Assembly (NCBI GenBank): GCA_964016885.1 | Contig: OZ024740.1 | Location: forward strand, 365,738,001 to 365,802,000 | DNA from: Eledone cirrhosa | Taxonomy: Eukaryota | Direction: 5' to 3' | Length of the DNA stretch: 64,000 nucleotides | In this document: in pieces, positions 25,309-41,603 of the stretch | Position numbering within the stretch: position 1 is the stretch's first letter | Layout: every line of letters starts with the position of its first letter | The notes under the pieces: generated by a model | The model's input: the letters and a program-made list of their open reading frames with translations, nothing else | What the model was told of the DNA's origin: nothing | Database searches by the model: none | Made by a program: the position numbers and the translations under genes

Positions 25309-26273
25309 AAATAAAGGTGGTAGAAAAGCCAGGAACCACCATAAAATCCCTGATCAGCAAAACCTACCATTTTAAGAAAACCCACTGTACCAATAGGAAA
25401 TGTATCATATGTAAGGTGAACCCCCGGATAAACTGTAAAACTAGAAACGTAGTCTATATCATAAGATGTACAGAGGGTACTTGCAGAAACATGACAACAA
25501 CATACATAGGTGAGACAGCTCGTAGCATAGGAGAAAGGATAGACCAACACTGGGGGGAACTAAAAGGACGAAAAAACGGGTCAGTACTATACGAACATGC
25601 TAGACAACAACATGACGGTAACATAGACAACATAGAAATTAGAATAATATCTAAACATAGAAATGACCCAGCAGATAGGCAAATCAGAGAGGCCAGTGAA
25701 ATAGAAATTAGAAGACCAAGGCTAAACAGAAAGAATGAATGGAATAACAACAACACCCAAACAAACAACACTGACCTAAGAGAAGTATAAATAAGTAAAT
25801 AAAATAAGATAAATAAATAAATAAATATATACACAAGCACAATAACAACAAGCACATAAACACACACTAGTCACCCATCACACAGCAAACATAACACTAT
25901 ACACACACGCAAACGCATGCGCAAAGAAGACGAAATAAAATAAACAAACAAGCAAATAAATAAATAAATATATAGACAGACTGAATAAAAATGGCGTAGA
26001 CATACAACACAACAGGAGGAAAATATAACACCACTGACGATGTTGCAGATGTGCAACGAAAGATTTATGATAAACTATATATATGTGTTTGTGTCTATAT
26101 TGTATCTGTATTATTTTTGACGGTCGGTCAGTCAATGGCAACATTGAGGACCGAGTAAGTTAGATTACCGATATAAAAAACAGCGAGAAGCGAAAACCAA
26201 CCAAACAGTGTGTTCTGTTATTAATTTTGGCAATATTACACAAATATGACCCTCCCCAAGTATAACAATATAC

Positions 26274-26278
<5 letters not shown>
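25309..26278 (+). mobile_element. Penelope/Poseidon-like PLE 3' end: GIY-YIG ORF 25317..25790 plus pLTR with HHR-like core at 26034-26061
   Basis: C..C.IC, NVVYIIRC...YIGETARS..ERI..H, REASEI..RP.LNR; CTGACGA-tgttgcagatgtgcaac-GAAA. Confidence 0.9.
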
Positions 26279-26338
<60 letters not shown>

Positions 26339-26407
26339 TATATATATACACATATATATATATACACATATATATATATATATATATACACATATATATA
26401 TATATAT

Positions 26408-26446
<39 letters not shown>

Positions 26447-26459
26447 TATATATACACAC

Positions 26460-26492
<33 letters not shown>

Positions 26493-26535
26493 CACATATA
26501 TATATATATACACATATATATATATATATATATAG

Positions 26536-26578
<43 letters not shown>

Positions 26579-26615
26579 TATATATATATATACAAATATA
26601 TATATATATATATAT

Positions 26616-26654
<39 letters not shown>

Positions 26655-26790
26655 TATATATATATATACACACATATATATATATATATATACACATATA
26701 TATATATATATATATACACATATATATATATATACACATATATATATATATATATATACACACACATATATATATATATATATGCACATA

Positions 26791-26884
<94 letters not shown>

Positions 26885-26897
26885 TATATATATATAT

Positions 26898-26936
<39 letters not shown>

Positions 26937-26950
26937 TATATATATATATA

Positions 26951-29900
26951 TAACTTTGAATAACTTTGAAATGTTTTGGCCAGTATTGGCCCAGGCCATG
27001 TCTAACTTAATAGCACCACCTGGCGAAGTCTTTCAATTCAGGATTTGGGCACCATGGCCCATTCGAGAAGAGAATTACTGTTTGCGGAGACATATCCGGG
27101 TGTGGGTGGTTTGTCCGGGATTACTTGGAGGAATTTGTCCAAAGACTTCTTGAATTTTGTGTGGTCAGTTTCTGTTTTGACGTGTCCTGGTGTGATGTTG
27201 AAGAGAGCAGGGCCGATTGAGGTGAAATAATTGTGCCGTATTGTTGTTATGAGTTGCGATTTAGATTTTTGAATGGGACGGATAGCACGGGGCCCAAGCC
27301 TTGGGTGTATCTTGAAGGCGATGCCAACATCATTTGGGCAGTGATGATGGAACATTTTCCACATCATGCAGATAATATAACGCTCACGGCGACGTTGGAG
27401 TGAGTAAAGTTTCAGGTTTTCTAATCGACCCCAGTAGTCAAGGTCTGACATGCCATCTATCTTTTTCGTGATTGCCCTTTGAGGAGCTTCAAGTTTCATG
27501 ATACTTTGTTTCGTGTGGGGAGACCACAGTGGACAACAGTATTCAAGGTGTGGTCGGGCGAAAGTAGAGAAGAGAAGGATAATGGTGCGGGAATCTCTCG
27601 ACTGGAAGGTTCTGAGGATCCAGGAACACATTCTGCGGGCCATGTCAACTTTGCTGCTTATATGCGTGGTCCAGCTTATGTTGCTGTCCACGGTTACTCC
27701 CAAGTCTCTGATGTTGTTAGATGCCACGAGAGTTTCCCCGGAGGGAAGGGAGTACGGGAGTTTCAGAGCATCCTCTTTTCCAAAGTGGATCAGTTCGAAT
27801 TTGTCTTCGTTCAGTAACATGTTGTTCTTTTCTGCCCATTGGGTAACAGCCAGTAGGTCTGACTGAAGGCTTATCCGGTCATCCACGCCATTGATGACCT
27901 TTTGGAGCTTGGAATCATCAGCAAAAATTTTAATGTTGCTGTGTTTGATGATGTCAGTGATGTCATTAATATAGATGATGAAGAGAAGTGGGCCCAACAC
28001 AGTGCCTTGTGGGACCCCACTACTGACTTTGGCTGGGCTTGATTTGACTCCCTCAACTACAACATGTTGGGTTCTGTTTGACAGGAAGCTCTTGATCCAC
28101 TGCAGCAGCTTTCCAGTGACACCAATATTGGACAGCTTTCGCAGTAGAATGTTATGATCAACCCTGTCAAAGGCCTTGCTGAAATCAAGGTAGATAACAT
28201 CAGTGTTGGAACCCTCTCCCAAGGCTCTCAAAATGTCATCAAAGTGATGCAGTAGCTGCGTCAGGCAATCCCTTCCATTACGGAATCCATGCTGGTTGGA
28301 GTTCAGCATATTGTTACTCTCAAGGAAGTGGGTCATTCGCGATCTCACCACTCGCTCAAATACCTTAATGATATGAGAGGTGAGTGAGATTGGACGGTAA
28401 TTCACGGCAAGGGATTTGTTTCCCTTTTTGAAAACTGGGACAACAGACTGGGATAGAAGGTTTTCTGGCACATATCCAGCATCCAGTGAGTTCCGCCACA
28501 GATTGGCAAGAGGAGATGCAAGTTGGTGTTGACACGCCTTCAAGACACAAGCAGGGAACCTATCGGGACCTACTGCTGAATTATGCTTGATTTCCTTTAT
28601 TGCCGCCAAGACATCAGGGGCGCCAAACGTTATGTCCGATAAGGTGTAATGGGGAGTAACATCGCCGATACAGCCCAGATCGGCCATATCAGGATTGCTG
28701 AAAACAGAGCAGTATTGTTTCTGCAGTATCTCACCCATGGTTTTAGCATTGTCTTGAAGAGTGCCATTTTCATCAATTAGAGGGCCAACAGTAGAGCCAG
28801 TGATTTTGTGTTTTTTTGCACTTTGGGATTGAGTTTGATCTTCTCAATGGCCCAGGCCTCTTCAGCTCTTCTCTGATTGTTGATGAGGGACATTATGTTG
28901 TTTTGGAGGTTATGTTTTTTAATCTCTAGTGATGAAATGGCAGTCAAGTTGATGTGTTGCTGCTGACAGTATTTCAGCTTGTTGATTTTTTTGTTCGTTC
29001 TCTTAATTTTTCTGATGAGCGTTTTTCTATTTCTAGGGATTCTGCTCTTAGATTTGTTTATAGTTCTTAATGGGGTGTGTTTAGCACATATGTTTGTAAC
29101 AGTGTCTACAAATGTCTGCCAGGACTTTTTGATGTTAGTGGGTGTATGAGTGTGCGTGAAGGACCAGTCGACATGTGCAAGATCATGACTGATCGCTTCC
29201 CAGTTTGCATTGTGGAAATCCATAGCGTCAAACGGATGGACAGGAGAGATGACATTGGGTTTGTATATTGGACGGTGGAATCTCAGATCACAGAGAACCA
29301 TGTCATGATCAGAGAGTAGAGTTTTCTCCACTGCAATATTGTGGATATTGTCAGTGTGATTGCTGAAAATTAAGTCTAGGACGTTTTTGTGGCACCTCGT
29401 TGGTTCGAGCACCAGTTGGGATAGGAAGAAATCATCCATGAAGTCGAGAAGCGATTCCACAGCTTCCCTGTCAGAGGTTGAGGCAGAAGAACCTGGTGGC
29501 AGGCTGTTTGTGGACCAGTCAACTCCGGGGAGGTTGAAGTCCCTCATCATTAAGATGTTGTCAGGGTGACACTCTTGGATGAAACACTTTATGCTGTTGA
29601 GGCATTCCTTGAAGCATGGTACAGGCGTTTGGGGTGGCCTATAGAGCCCAACTACTAATAGGTTGTTGGTTTGACTGAATACAGTGACTGCTTCACAGTA
29701 TCCATTAGTGAATATGTTCATAGCCTCTGTTGAGAAAGAATTATGGACATAAATGGCAGTTCCGCCCTTTCTTCTGCCAGCGCGATCAGCACGGATGGCT
29801 TTGAAATTTTTCACTTTCACCTCGGCTTCCAAGTGGAGGTTACTGAGATGGGTTTCAGTGAGGACGAAGAAAGGGATGTGGTTTGGATGGACATCAATCC

Positions 29901-30378
29901 AGTCCTCCAGGAATTTGATCTTCCATTTTTGAGTATTGGTGGAAGGGCTGATGCCTTGGGCGTTAAGCAAAAATGTAGAGGCGAGAGTGGATGGTTTTAA
30001 TTGTTTTGGTGCGTTGTTAATTTGTTTGTTTGTTAATGGCAGCAATGGGAGTTTGTGCAGTGGGGTGATAGTGGAGGGTGGTGCTGGGTGATAGCTCGAA
30101 TGTTTTTTTCCAGTTCTTTTGCCAGATTCATTATGGCTAAAAAAGAGGAAGAAGTTTCCTGTTTAGAAGACTGTTGGTGACTGTGGTAGTGGTTATTTTT
30201 ATGTAGGTTATGGTTTTTGTTTTTGCTTTTATTTTTAATTTTATTTTCATTTGTCCGACGGGTCCCCGGGAGATGGGTAAAGGGACAATCCCGGTCTAAA
30301 CACAATCTGTCTCGCAGGGAAAAACGGCAGATTTGTGGATTCCTTGTTTGAGTTATTGGTGGTTGTGTTGGTGTTAAA
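26951..30378 (-). mobile_element. CR1-group LINE, near full length (ORF1 end, APE endonuclease, RT; one frameshift)
   Basis: ORF 28777..30045 (LNAQG, LTETHL, LYRPP, DFNLP, LDLIF, SDH) and ORF 27038..28738 ([32 protein letters not shown]). The tail (TTCAAAGTTA)2 runs into (AT)n. Confidence 0.93.
27038..28738 (-). CDS. LINE reverse transcriptase (CR1 group)
   Basis: 566-aa open frame with the standard non-LTR RT motifs. Confidence 0.9.
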   Translation of the reverse strand: MGEILQKQYCSVFSNPDMADLGCIGDVTPHYTLSDITFGAPDVLAAIKEIKHNSAVGPDRFPACVLKACQHQLASPLANLWRNSLDAGYVPENLLSQSVVPVFKKGNKSLAVNYRPISLTSHIIKVFERVVRSRMTHFLESNNMLNSNQHGFRNGRDCLTQLLHHFDDILRALGEGSNTDVIYLDFSKAFDRVDHNILLRKLSNIGVTGKLLQWIKSFLSNRTQHVVVEGVKSSPAKVSSGVPQGTVLGPLLFIIYINDITDIIKHSNIKIFADDSKLQKVINGVDDRISLQSDLLAVTQWAEKNNMLLNEDKFELIHFGKEDALKLPYSLPSGETLVASNNIRDLGVTVDSNISWTTHISSKVDMARRMCSWILRTFQSRDSRTIILLFSTFARPHLEYCCPLWSPHTKQSIMKLEAPQRAITKKIDGMSDLDYWGRLENLKLYSLQRRRERYIICMMWKMFHHHCPNDVGIAFKIHPRLGPRAIRPIQKSKSQLITTIRHNYFTSIGPALFNITPGHVKTETDHTKFKKSLDKFLQVIPDKPPTPGYVSANSNSLLEWAMVPKS

Positions 30379-30399
30379 TACACACATATATATATATAT

Positions 30400-30442
<43 letters not shown>

Positions 30443-30473
30443 CATATATATATATATATATATACATATATAT

Positions 30474-31412
<939 letters not shown>

Positions 31413-31429
31413 TATATATATATATATAT

Positions 31430-32310
31430 ATTTCGTTTCTGAATTTGTTTAGCAAGATTCTTTATCTGAAATCGTGTGTTGAAACCGATATTGTTATACT
31501 TTGGGAGGGTCATGTTGCCAATAAGAAACACAGGCACCAGTTGCTTTCAATTCAATTTATTAAAATAAATTTATAATAAATTTATAAATTCATAAATTTC
31601 TGGTTGGTTGGTTGGTTCCACAACCAGGTAGTTGTTTATAAATTGTCATAGTTCTTTTGTCACACACTCTGTGACCTCTTCAGTGACTGGGGATTCCTTT
31701 CTTTGTTTCTGTGCCTCTCCTTTGTTCTGTCCTACGCCATTTTGTTTCTGTGTGTGTGTTGTGTGCTCAGTCTGCGCATGCGCCACATCCGGGTGTCTGT
31801 GTGTGTTTATGTTCATTTATTTATTTGTTTATTTACATGTTACTGGTTGGTTGTTTGTTCTATGTGTGTGTGTGTTTTCATTTTGTCCTTAATTGTAAGT
31901 TGTGATGTTGCTGTTCCACTCATATTTTCTATTTAATTTTGGTTGTAATTCTTTTATGTTTATTGCCTCTGTAATTTGTCTAAACATTGCGTCTTTTCTG
32001 TGTGTAGATTCTATTTTTATTTCTATGTTCTCTAATTTACCCTTGTGTTCTATTTTAGCATGTTGGTAGGACAGAACAAAGGAGAGGCACAGACACAAAG
32101 AAAGGAATCCCCAGTCACTGAAGAGGTCACAGAGTGTGTGACGAAAGAACTATGACAATATATAAACAACTACCTGGTTGTGGAACCAACCAACCAACCA
32201 GAAATTAATAAATTTATAAATTTATTATAAATTTATTATAATAAATTGAAGTGAAAGCAACTGGTGCGTGTGTTTCTTATTGGCAACATGACCCTCCCAA
32301 AGTATAACAA
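31430..32310 (-). mobile_element. Truncated Penelope-type PLE with inverted pLTRs
   Basis: 31490-31734 pairs with 32067-32310. GIY-YIG C-terminus on the minus strand (RQITEAINIKELQPKLNRKYEW). An HHR lies in each arm. Confidence 0.9.
32114..32156 (+). ncRNA. Minimal type I hammerhead (inverted copy ~31645-31687)
   Basis: gtca-CTGAAGA-ggtcacagagtgtgtgac-GAAA-gaa-CTA-tgac. Confidence 0.85.
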
Positions 32311-32328
32311 TATATATATATACATATA

Positions 32329-32494
32329 TAACGAAGGAAATGTGGTAAGGAACCAGGTGGACCATAACGCACCAAAGTACTCAATACTTGAGGTAGTAGA
32401 GTGGGTAATAGGAACCAGTAAGACCCCGACAGCTGAGCTCAGAATTAGCCGTCGAAACGGCTTGAGCTCAGCTGTCGGGGTCTTACTGGTTCCT
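32329..32494. repeat. Short fold-back PLE-like tail (family Y)
   Basis: ~30-bp arms aggaaccagtaagaccccgacagctgagctc. The spacer holds ccgtc-GAAAC-gg. Other copies at 39556, 54784 and 55930. Confidence 0.8.
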
Positions 32495-35875
<3,381 letters not shown>

Positions 35876-35876
35876 T

Positions 35877-38783
35877 CATCATCATCATCATCAGCGTTTA
35901 ACGTCCGTGTTCCACGCTTGCATGGGTTTGGACGGGGGTAGTCCCACTTGAGGCAAGAGTGATTGTCTTGCTCGCATAGGACTGTCTGGCAGGTTTTCTA
36001 CAGTTGGATGCCCTTCCTAACACCAACCACATTTACAGTGTGGGTCTGGGAGGTTTTTACCGTGTTGCCTACACGGCCACATTACAGCGTGGACTGTGTG
36101 TTTTTTTGTCGTGACACCTACACGATCTCATTTGTTTCGGCCTCGATGGCGCGGCACCAACATAACTTTACATAGAACGGGGTGGTGTGGATCGGGTGGG
36201 GGTGGTGGGACGGGGTGTATTTGTTAGAGATGCCTACTGGCTGGAGTAGGTTTTACTATATATTTAGGTAAGGCGGGTCTTCTCTGTTACTGAGTACCGC
36301 CAAAGGTCTCGGTCCAGTGACATTGTCTTGGAGAGGTGTAAGTGTGTGATGTCGGAGTTTATCAGCTCGTCCCAGGTTTTTCTAGGTCTGCCTATTCCGT
36401 GACTACCGTCTATCTTTATTGCCCTGCACTTTGTTATACAGCTATCGACTTTCATGCGCATCACGTGTCCATACCAACGTAGCCTTCTCTCGAGTAAACA
36501 ACATCTGATCCCTCTTATCTCTAATTTATTCCTTAGTTCGTTTATGCTTTGCCGTTCACGTATATTACTGTTACACATCCAGCGGAGCATGCAAGCTTCG
36601 TTCCTCTCTAGTCTGCGTATATCCTCTGCACACAATGCCCAGGTCTCACTGCCATGCAGCATTGCTGTTCGTATGCAGGCATCGTACAACCTGCCTTTCA
36701 TTTTTAGTGAGAACCCTTTAGCAGCTAATAGTGGTATAAGCTCTCTGAACTTTTTCCAACCAGTTCTGACTCTAGCTACAGTACTTTCAGAGCACCCTCC
36801 CCCACTGCTGATTTTATCGCCCAGGTAACGGAAGCTGTCCACTATTTCTATAGAACCCTCTGCGCAATTGAAAGAGCTAGTAGTTTGTGGGCACTTGCTG
36901 CTACTTATTGCACCAGAGCACCGGCCACATGTAAAATCTATGTTCTTAGTTAGCCTACCTGTGATCCCACTACATCTTTTATGCACCCATACTTTGCATT
37001 TAGGACATAAAATGGAGTTTCTACCTACGCCTTTCCTACACACCGAGCACGACCATTTCCCAGAAGGGACCGCCGCCTTGTTTTCTTTCCTACAAACTAG
37101 TACTTTGGTCTTAGCCAGGTTAATTTTAAGTCCTTTAGACTCTAGGCCGTGCTTCCATGTTTGGAATTTCTTCTCTAGCTCGGCCATTGATTCCGCTATG
37201 AGTGTCAGGTCGTCTGCGTATAGGAGTTCCCATGGGCAGCCTGTCTTGAACTCCTCTGTTATGGCCTGAAGGGCAATAATAAATAGTAGTGGACTGAGAA
37301 CAGAGCCCTGATGGACGCCGACTTTTACGCTAAACTCTTCACTATATTCGTTGTTAATTCTAACCTTGCTGACTGTTTCTTTATACATGGCTTGTATAGC
37401 CCTCACAAGCCATTCGTCAACGCCTAGTTTTCTAAGAGCCCACCAGATAATGGAGCGGGGGACTCTGTCGAAGGCTTTCTCCAAGTCGACAAAAGCTAAG
37501 TAGAGGGGTTTACCTTTAGCTAGGTACTTCTCTTGTAGTTGTCGTACTATGAAAAGAGCGTCTGTGGTACTTTTGCCTGACACAAACCCGAACTGCATTT
37601 CATCTAGGTCAATTCTCTCTCTGATTAGTTGCGCTATTACTCTTTCCGTGACCTTCATGACCTGGTCGATTAATTTAATGCCTCTATAGTTACTCCTATC
37701 TAGGGCGTCTCCTTTACCCTTATAACAGTTAACGATGATGCTGCTATGCCAGTCCTTCGGAACAACCCCGTTTTGTACGACTTGGTTAACTATGCGGGTG
37801 ACCATGGTGTGTCCCACCGTGCCAGATGCCTTCAGCATCTCAGCAACTATTTCCGAAGGCCCAGCCGCCTTACCAGTCTTCATATCCTTGATTGCCTTAC
37901 TTATTATACTCCCCTCGACTAACACTGCTGGTCCCTCTATTGGGTCGATATGGGGGAGACTGCCTTTCTCCCAATTATTCTCCTCATTTAGAAGCCTTTC
38001 ATAGTGACACTTCCAAGCTACCTTCTTATCAGCGTCGGTGATGGCAAGTGTGCCATCGTCGTTTAGTACACACTTCTCCCCGACAATATCACGGTTTTCC
38101 TTGACGCATTGCCTAGCAATCCTGAACACCTCACGTTTTTGGTCATCGCGTTGTAGAACATGCTTGAACTTTCTTTCCTCAGCTTCCCTTCTTGCTAAGT
38201 ACACTTGTCTCCTAGCTTCCCTCCTGGCCACTTGATAGTCCTCTCTACTTCCCCCATCCCGCCATACTTTCCAAGCCTGCTTTTTGGCCTTAATTGACCC
38301 CTCCACCTTACTGTTCCACCACCATGTTACTCTCCTCCTGCCTACAGGCCTGCTCCAGCCACAGACCTCGTCTGTCGCCAACAGCAGGTTTGCTTTCAGA
38401 AATTCCCACTCTCCCTCTATATTGTCCGACTCTAAATGTTCTTCCTTACTGTCGAAAGCATCAAGTAATATGCTTTGAAATTTATTCCTGGCTGTGGGGT
38501 CCTTTAACTTCCATATTTTCCTCCTGAGGATAGTCCTCTTCTGTTGTCGAGTACGTCTCGTCCTGACTATGAGGTCGCTAATTATCAGTCTATGTTGGGA
38601 GGTGCATTCTTCATGGGGGAGGGATTTAGTGTTAACAACAGACACTCTGTCACGTCTTCTGGTAAGGATATAATCTACCTGGCTTGTGTGTTCCCCGGAT
38701 CTATAGGTGATCAGGTGATTGTCACGTTTTTTGAAGTTAGTGTTACAGATAGTTAGGTTATTTGCATCACAGAATTCCAGGAT
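35877..38783 (-). mobile_element. Young 5'-truncated RTE family A with uninterrupted EN(C-half)-RT frame
   Basis: About 840 codons open from ILEFCDAN to EKTRLT*; full 3'UTR and (GAT)n tail. Confidence 0.97.
36264..38783 (-). CDS. RTE endonuclease/reverse transcriptase with PHD-type finger (5'-partial)
   Basis: ORF 36264..38963 without its microsatellite-derived N-terminus. Confidence 0.9.
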   Translation of the reverse strand: MLEFCDANNLTICNTNFKKRDNHLITYRSGEHTSQVDYILTRRRDRVSVVNTKSLPHEECTSQHRLIISDLIVRTRRTRQQKRTILRRKIWKLKDPTARNKFQSILLDAFDSKEEHLESDNIEGEWEFLKANLLLATDEVCGWSRPVGRRRVTWWWNSKVEGSIKAKKQAWKVWRDGGSREDYQVARREARRQVYLARREAEERKFKHVLQRDDQKREVFRIARQCVKENRDIVGEKCVLNDDGTLAITDADKKVAWKCHYERLLNEENNWEKGSLPHIDPIEGPAVLVEGSIISKAIKDMKTGKAAGPSEIVAEMLKASGTVGHTMVTRIVNQVVQNGVVPKDWHSSIIVNCYKGKGDALDRSNYRGIKLIDQVMKVTERVIAQLIRERIDLDEMQFGFVSGKSTTDALFIVRQLQEKYLAKGKPLYLAFVDLEKAFDRVPRSIIWWALRKLGVDEWLVRAIQAMYKETVSKVRINNEYSEEFSVKVGVHQGSVLSPLLFIIALQAITEEFKTGCPWELLYADDLTLIAESMAELEKKFQTWKHGLESKGLKINLAKTKVLVCRKENKAAVPSGKWSCSVCRKGVGRNSILCPKCKVWVHKRCSGITGRLTKNIDFTCGRCSGAISSSKCPQTTSSFNCAEGSIEIVDSFRYLGDKISSGGGCSESTVARVRTGWKKFRELIPLLAAKGFSLKMKGRLYDACIRTAMLHGSETWALCAEDIRRLERNEACMLRWMCNSNIRERQSINELRNKLEIRGIRCCLLERRLRWYGHVMRMKVDSCITKCRAIKIDGSHGIGRPRKTWDELINSDITHLHLSKTMSLDRDLWRYSVTEKTRLT

Positions 38784-38962
38784 ATACATATATATATATA
38801 TATACACATATATATATATATATACACATATATATATATATATATACACACATATATATATATATATACACATATATATATATATATATACACATATATA
38901 TTTATATACACATATATATATATACACATATATATATATATACACATATATATATATATACA

Positions 38963-39020
<58 letters not shown>

Positions 39021-39039
39021 TATACATATATATATACAT

Positions 39040-39487
39040 AGAAAGTTATATTTAAATTGTTGGGTTAACAACGAGTAAATATTTATAACTGATATAAAAG
39101 CACTCAACAAGTATTTGGAGTATATTTATGATATTAAATAAATGGAAACTATATTTATAAAACCATATTTATTTCGTTATATATATTTCAGGGATATCAT
39201 ATTAACAATATGTTATGCCATCTTCAGACAAAATACAATATAAACAGTCTTATAAATAAATAGATACGACATACCTTTCAATCACCTTGCATTTGGTAGG
39301 TTGATTTGGCAGTCAACCTACCAAATGCAAGGTGATTGAAAGGTATGTCGTATCTATTTATTTATAAGACTGTTTATATTGTATTTTGTCTGAAGATGGC
39401 ATAACATATTGTTAATATGATATCCCTGAAATATATATAACGAAATAAATATGGTTTTATAAATATAGTTTCCATTTATTTAATATC

Positions 39488-39490
<3 letters not shown>
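39040..39490. repeat. Fold-back PLE 3' end (family X) with HHR in each arm
   Basis: ~175-bp perfect arms centred at ~39307. HHR at 39382-39447: tattttgt-CTGAAGA-...-GAAA-tatat-ATA-acgaaata. The left arm is ~85 bp longer. Confidence 0.9.
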
Positions 39491-39555
<65 letters not shown>

Positions 39556-39558
<3 letters not shown>

Positions 39559-39762
39559 AACCAGTAAGACCCCGACAGCTGAGCTCAAGCCGTTTCGACG
39601 GCTAATTCTGGACTCAATTAGCCGTCCAGAATTAGCCGTCGAAACGGCTTGAGCTCAGCTGTCGGGGTCTTACTGGTTCCTATTACCCACTCTACTACCT
39701 CAAGTATTGAGTACTTTGGTGCGTTATGGTCCACCTGGTTCCTTACCACATTTCCTTCGTTA
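39556..39762. repeat. Fold-back family Y copy
   Basis: ~57-bp arms; the right arm is extended by ~80 bp. Confidence 0.85.
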
Positions 39763-39803
39763 TATATATATATATATATGTATACATATATATATATATA
39801 CAC

Positions 39804-39834
<31 letters not shown>

Positions 39835-39859
39835 CATATATATATATATACACATATAC

Positions 39860-39984
<125 letters not shown>

Positions 39985-40081
39985 CATACATATATATATA
40001 TATACATATATATATATACATACATATATATATATATACATATATATATATACACATATATATATATACACATATATACAC

Positions 40082-40114
<33 letters not shown>

Positions 40115-40173
40115 CATATATATATATACACATATATATATATACACATATATACACATATATATATATATAT

Positions 40174-40298
<125 letters not shown>

Positions 40299-40305
40299 TA
40301 TATAT

Positions 40306-40369
40306 AACTTTGAAATGTTTTGGCCAGTATTGGCCCAGGACATGTCTAACTTAATAGCACCACCTGGCA
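40306..40369 (-). mobile_element. 64-bp 3' tip of the CR1-group LINE
   Basis: Matches 26961-27024; inverted twin at 41422-41486. Confidence 0.9.
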
Positions 40370-40421
40370 TATATATGTATATATATATGTATATATGTAT
40401 ATATATATATGTATATATATA

Positions 40422-41338
40422 AATTAATATGTATGTGATGAAACACAGATACCAACACATCTGTATATATATTGTGAAAGAAAAATTTAGCCAGATTGAA
40501 GTATACTAATTATTATACTACAGTTTGTTCATATCGATTTAAAATAATAAATCAACGGAGACGAACTGTATTGGCAAAAGGCCGTGATGTTTAGACACAT
40601 TTAAATTTCAAAATCAAACCTGTTCCGTAGATAAGTTTAGACTTTAAGATCCTAATATGTTTCGAGTTAAATAAGTGTAGCAATATACAGATGTGTTGGT
40701 ATCTGTGTTTCATCACATACATATTAATTCATACACTGCTCATGGGATATATATTTTTTTTTCCTCATTCGAGCTGATTCCATTGTAAAAGAATTCATTA
40801 CCTTATTAATTTTAATCTGCTCCTAGTTTGAGCTGCAAAGCCGCCTCATATACACGACTGTTATTTCTAGCAGTACGGTTATGAGACTAGTTAGATACAG
40901 TAAAGCCATGTGCGTCACGCAGTCTTTTAAATTATTTAGAAGTGAAGCATATCAATTTGTCTCTGGATGTTTACTGAGGAGAGCGGGACTTGATATTCCT
41001 ACACTTATTTAACTCGAAACATATTTGGATCTTAAAGTCTAAACTTATCTACGGAACAGGTTTGATTTTGAAATTTAAATGTGTCTAAACATCACGGCCT
41101 TTTGCCAATACAGTTCGTCTCCGTTGATTTATTATTTTAAATCGATATGAACAAACTGTAGTATAATAATTAGTATACTTCAATCTGGCTAAATTTTTCT
41201 TTCGCAATATATATACAGATGTGTTGGTATCTGTGTTTCATCACATACATATTAATTTATACACTGCTCATGGGATATATATATTTTTTTCCTCATTCGA
41301 GCTGATTCCATTGTAAAAGAATTCATTACCTTATTAAT
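40422..41338 (+). mobile_element. Non-coding HHR element: inverted arm plus 528-nt head-to-tail unit
   Basis: 40422-40680 is the reverse complement of 40999-41259. 40686-40810 repeats at 41214-41338. CTGAGGA-gag...ctc-GAAAC lies at 40974-41020, but the cleavage triplet looks damaged. Confidence 0.75.
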
Positions 41339-41421
41339 ATGTATATATGTATATATATATATACATATATATATACATATATATATATACATATATAGAT
41401 ATATATATATATACATATATA

Positions 41422-41486
41422 TGCCAGGTGGTGCTATTAAGTTAGACATGTCCTGGGCCAATACTGGCCAAAACATTTCAAAGTTA
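41422..41486 (+). mobile_element. 3' tip of the CR1-group LINE
   Basis: Reverse complement of 40306-40369. Confidence 0.9.
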
Positions 41487-41490
41487 TATA

Positions 41491-41597
<107 letters not shown>

Positions 41598-41603
41598 TAT
41601 ATA

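Noticed and set aside
36454-38756. Recurrent ORFs antisense to RTE, CR1 and PLE coding regions
   Set aside because: They are shadow frames that recur only because the elements are repeated.
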